IMG/VR virus record: IMGVR_UViG_3300047387_000084 | Coordinates: 1-60,298 of that record | Source of the DNA: a virus | Lineage: Duplodnaviria > Caudoviricetes | Length of the DNA: 60,298 bases | Reading direction: 5' to 3' (one strand) | Shown: in pieces, positions 25,729-36,300 of the stretch | How positions within the stretch are numbered: the first letter of the stretch is position 1 | Layout of the letters: each line of letters opens with the position of its first letter | Notes under the pieces: generated by a model | The model's database searches: none | What the model was told of the DNA's origin: nothing | Seen by the model: the letters and a program-made list of their open reading frames with translations, nothing else | Program-made: the position numbers and the translations under genes

Positions 25729-26122
25729 TCAAATGGATTTCTGTGATCTCCTGAAACCCTGCACCGGATGCAAGGAGATATTGCTGAAGACCGAATTCAA
25801 CAAGGATGCCGGAAAGGAAGACGGATTGCAGACGCAGTGCCGTGCCTGCAAACACAAAGCACAGCGAAAGGACTACCTTAAAAAGAAAGATGTCTACGCT
25901 GACCGAAGGAGAGCCGCCTACAAGAAGTCACCCGAGAAGAAGAGCGCACATGAAGCCGTGAGGCGGGCGATCAAGAAGGGTGTTCTTACGAGACCTACAT
26001 CTTGCACCAAGTGCGGTAACTCTCAGATGAGAATCGAGGCGCACCACCACAAAGGCTACGCTAAGGAGCATCAACTAGACGTTGTCTTCCTATGCACCTC
26101 TTGCCATCGAGCTAGTGAGTAA
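25718..26122 (+). CDS. Zn-finger/HNH-like endonuclease
   Basis: Four CxxC motifs and EAHHH..Y...LDVVFLCTSCH. Confidence 0.7.
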   Translation: MKNDQMDFCDLLKPCTGCKEILLKTEFNKDAGKEDGLQTQCRACKHKAQRKDYLKKKDVYADRRRAAYKKSPEKKSAHEAVRRAIKKGVLTRPTSCTKCGNSQMRIEAHHHKGYAKEHQLDVVFLCTSCHRASE

Positions 26123-26148
26123 AAATCTAACCAACAAACCAATAAACT

Positions 26149-26403
26149 ATGACTACAATAATGCCAATAGAAGTGGCTCATCTTGAGCTGTCTCAACTAC
26201 AGAAGTCCCTCGGCCTACTAGCCGGATGGGAGACGTTAAACTACCACAAGGAGAGCAACATGTGCTGGCTCTCCAACCGGACCTTGAGCCGTGTCGTCTA
26301 TCTGGACGCCGCGAAGTATGGCCCGATAGTGGAAATCCTGAACGAGGTCGCTGACCTTGAAGAACACATGTCCGTCTTCATCGGACACAACCACACTGAC
26401 TAA
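26149..26403 (+). CDS. Hypothetical protein
   Basis: AACC/A-rich start context. Confidence 0.6.
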   Translation: MTTIMPIEVAHLELSQLQKSLGLLAGWETLNYHKESNMCWLSNRTLSRVVYLDAAKYGPIVEILNEVADLEEHMSVFIGHNHTD

Positions 26404-26702
26404 TGAAATACGCTAGCCAATCCAATAAGCCGGACTGGTATCGTTCCGACGATACCAAACTATATCACTCAGCCACGTCAGGCTCGTCGCCGTTCAATGA
26501 ATGGTACGAGTTCGACGATAGGGCAGAAGCCCTCGAACTTTTTGCAGATGAAATTAAACTCGAAAATTTCTGTTGGTTAGGTGGAGAGATCTTCCACATC
26601 GAAGATCTGACCTACGATGAGATCTCTGAAGGTTTCATCAGGCTTGAGAAGGCTCAACCTGCCGACCTCGATGAGGTAGTTCAATCAGTCAGTAGATTCT
26701 AG
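26403..26702 (+). CDS. Acidic hypothetical protein
   Basis: TAATG coupling. Confidence 0.6.
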   Translation: MKYASQSNKPDWYRSDDTKLYHSATSGSSPFNEWYEFDDRAEALELFADEIKLENFCWLGGEIFHIEDLTYDEISEGFIRLEKAQPADLDEVVQSVSRF

Positions 26703-26704
26703 CT

Positions 26705-26842
26705 ATGGACTATTTACAAATCATCGGCCTGATACTAATGGCTCCGCTTACTATGATAGTAGTCGTAACGAACATGGCTAGAACAGAAGCCCGCCGCCTC
26801 CGCAAGATGAGGGAGCGGGCTGACCGAAAGCGACATGTTTGA
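26705..26842 (+). CDS. Small single-pass membrane protein (45 aa)
   Basis: MDYLQIIGLILMAPLTMIVVV followed by a basic tail. Confidence 0.55.
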   Translation: MDYLQIIGLILMAPLTMIVVVTNMARTEARRLRKMRERADRKRHV

Positions 26843-26915
26843 TTACATTCAGGCTACGATGCCTTTCGTAATATTTCTAGCGATTATGTTGTTGCTGGAC
26901 TACTTAATGAACTAA
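26835..26915 (+). CDS. Very small hydrophobic peptide (26 aa)
   Basis: MFDYIQATMPFVIFLAIMLLLDYLMN, overlaps the previous stop. Confidence 0.4.
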   Translation: MFDYIQATMPFVIFLAIMLLLDYLMN

Positions 26916-26966
26916 ACCCACCGGCCCTACCCTACTAAAGGGGGGGCTTTTAAATTATACCAACCT

Positions 26967-27338
26967 ATGAAAAATAAAACACAAATCTGTTCCATCGCCC
27001 CTTATCTTCTTCACCACCAGTGGGTCTTTGACTCTGACAAACACGGCCTTTACGAAGAGGCTTTCGTTTGCGGTATGACTGAGATCATTGACGCCGTCCT
27101 CGAAGATAATGAAATCGTACCGATCTCCGTTGCATCTGGATTCAGGCTCACATTCTCCTCGAAAGCGTGGCCAAACTCCACTCATTCCCTCAAGTGGATA
27201 GGTGAAGAAGATGGTGGAAATGTATACGAGATCAGACTAAAAGAAGGCTACACAATGCAAGGCTGGTTATGCCCTGCATTGCATTGCTACTTTGACAAAG
27301 CCCCAAAAGAGATCCACGTCGGGGTCGAGAGCTTCTAG
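26967..27338 (+). CDS. DUF6717-like protein
   Basis: IAPY...WVFD...EAFV.G...GFRLTFS...GWLCPAL..YF..AP. Confidence 0.7.
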   Translation: MKNKTQICSIAPYLLHHQWVFDSDKHGLYEEAFVCGMTEIIDAVLEDNEIVPISVASGFRLTFSSKAWPNSTHSLKWIGEEDGGNVYEIRLKEGYTMQGWLCPALHCYFDKAPKEIHVGVESF

Positions 27339-30300
27339 TCTTCCAGCATGAGGTAGCGTGGCTGCTTGTCTCTCTCCTCATAAAGGAGAGAGGCACGGTC
27401 AGCATGACCTCGTTGCATCAGACCGTCTGCGAATCTCTTATTGATATCTGGTCGGTCCATAGCTCCGAAGAACATCAAGCGAGCTTTGTCTTTTCCAATA
27501 CCGTATTGCTTCATCACACTAGCTTGAGTCCCGATATTGACGCCTAGTTTTTGGAATCCTTTAGTGACCCGATATAACTCATTGTTAAGAGCCATGCGAC
27601 CCCTGAGATCATTCTCATAGACTTCGCGGACATCATCATCGGTGATGGGCTTATCACTGTAGAGTTTAAACTTCTGATCAGTAACATCCTTGAGACGTGA
27701 TTGATGGTCCCGTAAGAAGCGTCTGAACTGTTGCTCTGCATCGACTGAGTGTAGCTTAACCGGAAGCATACCATCCAGTAATTCTCCATATGGAGAGTCC
27801 GAGAACTTATCGTAGTCTGCTAGGTATGCGTTGAAGGCTTCCTTTCCGTCTTTTAGCAGTCGAGGTTCATAAGCACCTTCAAGTAGATACCTCATCATCT
27901 TTGTGGATATAGTGAGGAAACCATCGGCTTCTGGTATGAAAATCCGGCGACCAGTTGTAGCGTCTCGATTATCTCTAAGATCAAGTAGTGATCCCGCCAA
28001 GATCTGATCGTCGAGATACTGGTCAAGGAATATACCCTTCAAAAAACTGAAAGCAGCGTCCCCGACGTTCCCCTTTACAAGATCTTCAAAACCACGCATG
28101 ACTGGATCGGCTAACAAGCTGAACGGGTTAAGGTAAGTCAGGTCGATGGAAGTTAAATCATCAGAATCTCCAAAGTAGAAGAAGGTATGCCCTTTAAGGT
28201 ATGCAGGCATTGACTTACGAAGAGCTTCGTCCTCATCGTCCCCAATCCCCAGCAACCACGCAAGAGCGTAGGCGGATGTCGAGGATACCCCGAACAACAT
28301 GGCATTCATAGATTTGAATCTTTTCTTTCCTCTAGCCTGTATGGCTGGGTTGTTGCTGGCTTTTTCTTCTTTAGCTAAAGTATACGTATTGTAAACGATC
28401 CTAGGTACTTCAGCTTTGAATCGAAGGAAAGGGGCTAACAGTAAGCCAAAGTTACCTTTCGTTAGTTCTTTGACGATTGGAGGAGCCTGACTCAAAGACT
28501 GTGCAGTCATCTTAATTTTCTTTGCAGCCATCCGCTTTAAAGCGTAGTCATCCATCTTTCCGATATCAGAGTTAGGATATTGCTTCTTAGCTTTTCTGAG
28601 AACGTCCAGTTCATGTTCAAAGTAGGCGATCTTGAAAGAACCGTCGATAGATGCGGATAAACCAGCCAACTTTTCCTCTGTGCCTTTGACGAATTTTTTG
28701 ATGTCTGCACTAGCAGGGACACGTTCAAAAAATTTATTGAGTTTCGACAACTTCGCTTCTGGAGAGACCTCACCAGATAGCAACTCACGGATCATGCCCG
28801 CTCTCAGTTCATCCCCAAACACACCTAAACCAACAAGCTCAGTGAGGTAAGCATCCATTTTATTGGGGTCTTTCCACTGCTCAAGTGAGAACGACAATGA
28901 GTCTGTTAAAACGTTCCAACTCCCGCTCATCCCTTGTGCAGGACCAAAGAAGAGGGCGTTACCTAAAATGTTTCTTAGGTAGAAACCTACGCTACCGAGA
29001 GTTTTTAATAGCATCGACTTACCTGTCAGATTCTGTAACGTCGCCGCGATTGAACCTACGGTTCGTTGAGCCGTGCTACTCGACAACGAACCGCCGACAG
29101 GGCTAACCACATCCTTCAGATCCTCGAACAATTCTTTCTTCACATATAGATTATGGAGCGGGTCATTTCGATTAGCACTAGGTTTAAGCTCTGTGTAAAG
29201 CTCTGGGTTCTTTCTAGCTTCGTTAGGCTCCACTAAGAAACCTTGCTTCTTACCTACCTTTGCTAGGTTGCTGCGGAAGACCTGCTCTGCCGCTAAGTTC
29301 GATACAGTAGAGAACGTCCTGACAATCAAGTCAGTGCCAGACTCAGCACCATACTCTCCGAGAAGATCGCGGAGGGGTTTTTGTAAATCCTTTCTTTTTG
29401 TTAGGTTCTTAACTACTTTCGAGTATCGGCTACTCACTGCGGAGTCACCAGAGATCACCCCTTCGTATCTAGAGATAAATGTTTCGAGAACATTCTGGGC
29501 ATAGGTTCTCCCATTACCAGCCTGCTTGTTTGCGTCACGGAGGGCTTTGTCTGCGGCTTTATCAGCCTCAGAAGCAGACTCTCCTCTTTGTAAAGCAGCT
29601 TCGCGTGTTTGTTTCTTGAGATTATCCTCAAAGAAATCCATTGCGGCTAGGCGGATCTTGTTATATTTTGCATCCTCCTTGACCTTCTTAGCAAAGGTAG
29701 GGTCACTAAAAATCCTATACGCTCTAGTGATGTAGAACCCACCCGTCTGATCAATACGGATCTTCAGTTCTTTGGATATACCTGCATCAGAAAGTTTATT
29801 CTGGATAGGTTGGATTAACTCCTTACGCATACTCACGATCAACCTAGCAAGCTTAGGTGATATTCTGGACAGAGTTTGTACCGCTTTGTTTTTAGTGTCT
29901 TCAATTGAAGAGATAGCATTCTGTTCTGCGTCAGATATGTTCTTGTTACGGAGTTGTTTCGACGTAGATATTTGAGTTTTCTTCTCAGCTTTTGTTAGTT
30001 TGTCATTTTTTTCGATTAACTCTTTCCTAGCTTTATGCGCTGCTTCTTCTTTAGCGTAGAAGGTATCACTGACAAGGTTACCGTCGTAGTAGCCTTGCGC
30101 TTCTGCGATGGTGTTAAGGAGATCCTTAGTCAGCGTGATGTTCTCATCCTTTACAACAGCTTTAAACTTGGATTGGAAAGCTTTGACCGCAGAGATAGAT
30201 GCCCGTTTGAACTCATCTCGCTGTTCGATTAGATCGCGAACCGGAGATCCGACATCACCTTTTAGTATTCTAGCTAACCACGTATCTGGCTTCTTATATG

Positions 30301-33300
30301 TCTGGAATTCAGCCATCGGCATTTCCAGAAGTTTGACCACATTTGAGAAGTCGAGGTTGGATATTAGAGTTGTAGGCACCCCTCTGGAAGCGAACAATTT
30401 GAAATCAATCCCCATGTCGGATGCACGATCATTGAAGTCGTCACGAAGTGCCTCGATGTTTACATCAGGTTGTTCTTTAGCTTGTTTATACTCAGCAACT
30501 AAAGCCCTGACTTCTTTCTGTCTCAGAAGTATGGGGTGGATGGTTTGCTTTGCGTAGGCTTGAAGTGAATCACTACCGTCGGTGAGATCAAAAGTAACAT
30601 CGACCGACTCACCAATATCTTTCCAAGCATTCGCCGCCTTATTATTCTGAGATGGTCTTCCTGCTTTTAGAGTCTTAACAAGGTCGATGTTTCCGTTAGT
30701 GTCTTTGATTGCGACGCTCTCTAAAAAGTCCGCGCTCTGAGATACCTGATTTGCGATATTGGATGCTTCCTCACGAAGCTTTTTAAGGATTACTTGTTTC
30801 TTGTTTTCTGGTAAATCCGCGAAAAACTTCCTTTTATTGAAAACAATTTGATCAACTAAGTCATCCGCAAGCTCCGTAGTATATTCGGGATCACGAGATT
30901 TAGAAATTATTTTCTGAATTAGTTCTGGGTTATTTGGTCTGAAACCTAGTTTAGGCCAAGTAGAATACCCATTCATCGCGAACGATTGATTGAGTTTTGA
31001 TTGTTCGAGGAACTCTCCCTTGTCGGTGTCAGATTCTTCCTCACTCAGAGTTTGTGCTATGTTATTGAAACTACTTACAATCCTTCTTTTTAAAACACTG
31101 CCTTTATTTGACCCCGCAGCTTCAGTGATAACCTTCTCTATACCAGCCTGTTCACTAACCATGATCAAGGCGGTCATCAAATCAGACGAGAATCCTTTAG
31201 AAGCCTCTGTTTTGTTCACCATATACCCAACGCTAATTTCTTTTGATGGGCGAATCTCAGTATCTTGTAACTCAGCTATGGTCTTTCCAGAAGGATCGAC
31301 AAGTCGGATGTCGATATTAAACGCACCAGAATAGTCGTCTTCATAAACATCAACCTCAGCCTTATAGTTATCGTTGCTCAGAGATTTAATTGCGCTTACA
31401 ATCGAGCCTAAGTTAATATCAGGGCTGACAACATCGAGATCGACTGGCGTAAACTGTGAGACGCCGCTAAGTTCTTCAGCTAACTCTTCTTGAATAAGAG
31501 ATTCTATCTCGTCATCATCACGTAATCTCCTAATTGCACGAGCATCTTGCTCATCAATGTCTCCTCTTTCTAGTGCAACATCAACCCTATCTCGCTCGTC
31601 TATTACAAACTCAGAGGCATCATTCATCCTCAGGCGCGCTCTCCTCATGAGAGTGTTTGGGTAGTCAACAGGAATAGAAGACGCATACAACCTCACTGCG
31701 CTCTCCGCTTGCTCTTGTAGGACAGTAGCTTCTTCGATTGGGTCGTAATTCGTAAGTCGAGCGAACTCTAATGCAGAAGCATCAGGGTCGTCTACGTCTA
31801 AACTCTGGAGATCTGTTGATCTGTTGAAACCTATGTTCAAGAGAGTTGCTTCTCGATCTACCTTCATAAGAAGGCTATCTAAAGCACTAGAACCCCTATT
31901 CATCTGCTTTATAGCAGCAAGCTTGGAGAAGTATGCGCGGATGTATCGCGTGATAATAGCTAACAAGCTAGGTTTGCTAGACCAGAAGTCGTAATCCTCT
32001 TCGGTTGTTGTTCCAGTCCGAACCTTTTCAAGGTGCATACGGAGCTTCTCTTCAGCTAAACGGCTCGCTTCTATGGTTATTCGCCTAACTACTTCGGGAT
32101 CTGTGTCCTCCGTTATTTGGGTTTGAATTAAATCAATAGACGCATCACGATCCGCTTCATTACGGTAATAAGCATTTGCTACCTCTATGAAGTCTGTCTC
32201 ATCAAACGTAGAGATATACTCTTGGATCTCTTTTTTGGTAAGCGCGTTGTAAGACGCAACGTGCGCCAGCTCGTGATTGAGAAGAGTCTCTACGTATACT
32301 TTTGAACCGAGCAAGTCAAAGTTTTCTAGATCTTGCATCAAGATTCTAGGATTAATCTGAACTGTGTTTCTAATTGCAGAAGCAGGTGAGTCCATTCCCA
32401 TGTCAATAGAAACCTCAACACCCAACGGAAGGCGGTTCTTGAGATGTAGCATCACAGCCTCCATCTTCCTTTGATCTGTTGTAGTTAGATCGCCAGAATC
32501 TTGGATAGTATCAATGACGTTATCAATATTCTCGTCAATCTGAACTTGTTCAGGATCTGGCTGAGACTCAATCTGCTTTGGAGTCAATGTTTCACGAGTT
32601 TGATCCTCTTGAACTCCAACAACCTCTGTGACATCTTCAATATCTTGAGCGGCGGCTTCCGCCGACTCCATAGCCGCTTGTGAAGGCGGCACAGCAGTTG
32701 CCCTGAAGGGGGTCTTACTCAGAGAGATAACATCCGAAAGTGCTTCCGTGTAAATGTTCTTCTCGCGACCAGTGATCTTACGGAACATCGAGATAAGGGA
32801 CTCCATGATCCTCTTGAAGAATCCTCGCTGTCCAGCAGGTGGTTCTAGGCTCTTGATATGGGCCTGAAGTTTAGGTGACAACAAAAACTTCGCCAAGAAC
32901 TCATCGAAGTTCTCGAACGCATCCTCCATGACAGGAGTAGATATCTTGCTTTTGCGGTATTCCTTCTCTGCGAGAGTGAACAAGCTTTGAAGTCTCTGGC
33001 GAGCAGCTCTTTGATTCTCGTTGAGAGATTCTTCAGGCTTGCTCGCTACATCAGAAAGAAAGGCGTGGACATACTCTTCCAGAAGAACATTTTCCAGACC
33101 CAAACCATTACCCGTTCTCAAGTTCACGTATACAACGTGCCTACCGTCTTTAAGAAGAGAATGTTGTCCAGCTACTGAATATAGACTTTCACCCATCGAG
33201 AACTCTACGCTGCGGATAAATGCCTCGTCTTCCAGAAGCAGGTCAGCGACTAATTTATGAGATTTACGGTCACTCGTCTTGGCGATCTTTTTGAGAGCGG

Positions 33301-36300
33301 AGACAATCGATTCAGGGTCTCCGTCTACTAGACCAAGCCTTTCAACATCAACTTTGTTTTGTTGCTCAAGGGCAGCTCTGACTTCTTCAGAGACGTGTGC
33401 GCGAGAGAACCTCCGTCTTACAGCTTGGTCCATTGACTTGATGAAGTTAGTTGCATCCCTACGACTAAAATCACGGCCAAGCGAGTTACCCATGAGTCTT
33501 TGAATTTCAGTGATTGCTTCTGAGTTATTCAAGGGATTACCTTCATACCGATAAGTAAGGAAGCTAAGATAAAGGGCGTCTTTGATATTTACACCAGCGT
33601 CAAGTGTCTCGCTCTCAAGTCTACTTACAAATTGCAGAACTTCTGGGCGGGAAGTGTGGCTCCCCGTTCCGAGATAGGTTCCGAGATGAGCCATAAGATC
33701 AGGAGTAGCCATCTCCGAAACAATCCCACGTTGGCGTGGAGTAGCGTTTGGCTGAATAGCCTCTATGTAAAGATCGACAATCGACGCCCTCAAGCTAGGT
33801 GAAGCATCAATCTGTTCCACCATTCCTGTGATAGCACTCTTGAGAGTCTTGTAGAATGTGTTCTTGTCTATTGTGTCAGAAGCATCAACAGAACCTAAAC
33901 TTCCAGAATAAGCGACATCTTGCTCCCCCTCACCATAGATATCTTGTTGTGGGTCTGGGATTTGTTCCAGATCAAAGTCAGCATTGTTAACTTGGATGTC
34001 CTTCCCTTTCTGAACTCCTCTAAGCTTCTCTTTCGCAATGTAGTTCTTTACCTTCGCTTTGAAGATAGAGTCGAAAGTAGGCATTGAACCCGCCTTGAAG
34101 GCGTCGTTGCCAAAGACTTGAGAATCAATAAACGCGATAATAGAATCAGTGTGTGTATTACCCTTACCAGCAATAAACGGTTGTACCGCTTGAGCGAGTT
34201 CAACTTCAGAATCAATACCCACTCTGGAAAGAAGAGCTTTCTTAAATACTCCTTTACTTTTCTTAGTATTCTTAACCCTTACTTCTCCAGCAACCTTTTC
34301 AACAAAATTAGCCAATGATCCTTCAGCTTGACCTTTCAATTCATAGAGATGAAGAAGTCTTACATATTCCAGATAAGCTTCGTTGAAAGCAATGTCTGCA
34401 TTGGTGTCATCGAGAAGATCGTATCCTTGCTGCAAAGAAGCACCTCGCGATCCTTGTAGGAGAGCTTTACGGAGTCCTTGATCTTCTTTAGACTTATCAT
34501 AGAAGTCATCAAGTTGTTGTTTTACATCCCCGAAGGTAACACTCCGGTCAGAGACATCTTGAGTGAAGCCCCTCTCGTTAATCTCACGAGTCCCGTAGGG
34601 CATGACAACGTCATCCTTAGTGGCTTCAATGAACGGAATCCGAGTTAGTTTCTCGATAGCGGCTGCATCGAACTCCAAACTCTTAATTGGGGTAACAGGC
34701 TCAACTGCTGTCTCAACTCCAATTCCAGTGTCTGAAGGCTTCAGGACATCAATAACATAACCACCACGAACTTTGATCGAAGGGTTTATATCAAACACAT
34801 TCACCGAATCGGGAACAGGGATACGGATTTCGTGAGCGAGCATCTCCGCCATAGTGACGGGGTCGTTATTGAAAATACCGTTGCCACGATTATCAAGGAA
34901 ACCTTTGACTTTACCTTTTGAAACTTTGCTTGTTGAAGGGTCGAAGCGGGTAATCGCTCGCATTCCGGTAAATTTACTAGCGTAGTATTCTGACTTGATA
35001 TGTGGATACTTACTGAAGATCTGCTTCGCAAGAAACTCTGACTTGTCTGCAAGCTTCTTTGTTGTGAAAGGGACACCGTAAGTTTTATTGGAGTTGAAAC
35101 GAACAGGGAAACCTGTCTCAGCTAGATCAAGGACTGCCTCAACGGCGTCTATCTCTTCGACAGTGAACTCATCACCAGACTTAAATATGTTTCTATCTGG
35201 CTGGTCGATAAACTGGACTTTTAGAGAACTAACCTCTTCAACTTCATCTTGTTCTACAACATATTCAGCATCGATAAAAATGTCCCCTGTTGTTTTCTCC
35301 GCGTTCTGTATAGCTTTCTTATCTTTAGCGTTCGGGAAGTTTTCTAGTTTTTCTGGTGAGTTAAGGAAAAGGACTTCATTAACTTTACGGCGAAGAACTT
35401 TATCTGGAGTTTGTTGGATCGTAGAGATAATTTCTTCTGTGTCCTCCCGCTCTTTTTGATCAGCTTTAACCACATCCTCAGCAGCTTTCTGCTGAGAGGC
35501 TTCGTCTAAACGATCAAGAGATGCTACAACAGAATTGCGGATTTCAATAGCTACCTTTTGTTCTGTAGTTACTTCGGCTTCGGGGTCCGCTGTATCTGCA
35601 ATAGAAATAATTTCTGATATAGACTTGTTTTTCAGATCTTCCGGCAAGGTGGCCCCAAAATCATCAGATATCGTAGTAGTAATCTGTTCAACCTCTTCTG
35701 GAGCTATTGCGTCAAGACGTTGTCCGACACTCAAAGTAACTGCTTCGGGCTGCACTTCTTCACCTAAAAGCGGGGCTGATTCATCCCTCACCCTCGCCGC
35801 AAGTTTATATTGAGTTTCAAGAACAGCAGCAGTAATAGGACTACCAGTATCGCGTAAGTTTTCAGAAGCTGATTCAAAAATGTTCCTTCTGAAATCTACT
35901 TCTTGTTGTTGGCGCATCGAAGCATCCAACTTAAATCTGGAACCAACTTTTTGCACGGCGGGTGCGCCTGCTCCTAATACACCTCCGATAACCATCGCAT
36001 CGAAAGTCTGTTCTAGACGATCCATCATTGGGGTATCTTGGTCTAAAGCGGCGTCCTCAACGTAAGAATTAATGAACTGGTCGAGACCTTCTTCCATTGC
36101 TTCATCACCGAAGTTTCGGCCAATAGATGATAGTAGACCGAACTTACCCCCTTTGGCTTGAGACTTTTTAATGGTTGATTTAAGGACGGACTTGACTTTA
36201 TCTGTAGTGAAAGTTTCAGCAAAATCGTCTACGCTATTTAAGACAGTTTTAAACTCTTTAAAAGACATACCACGTAAGAAGGCGTCGTCGATACCACCAC

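Noticed and set aside
20244-27338. Stop-codon recoding to explain the short ORFs
   Set aside because: Core genes are intact in the standard code, all three stop codons are used, and the short ORFs have their own start motifs
33965-33985. NADFDLE in the giant protein, resembling the RNA polymerase motif NADFDGD
   Set aside because: The third Asp is missing, the context is an acidic linker, and no other polymerase motifs were seen; structure prediction would settle it
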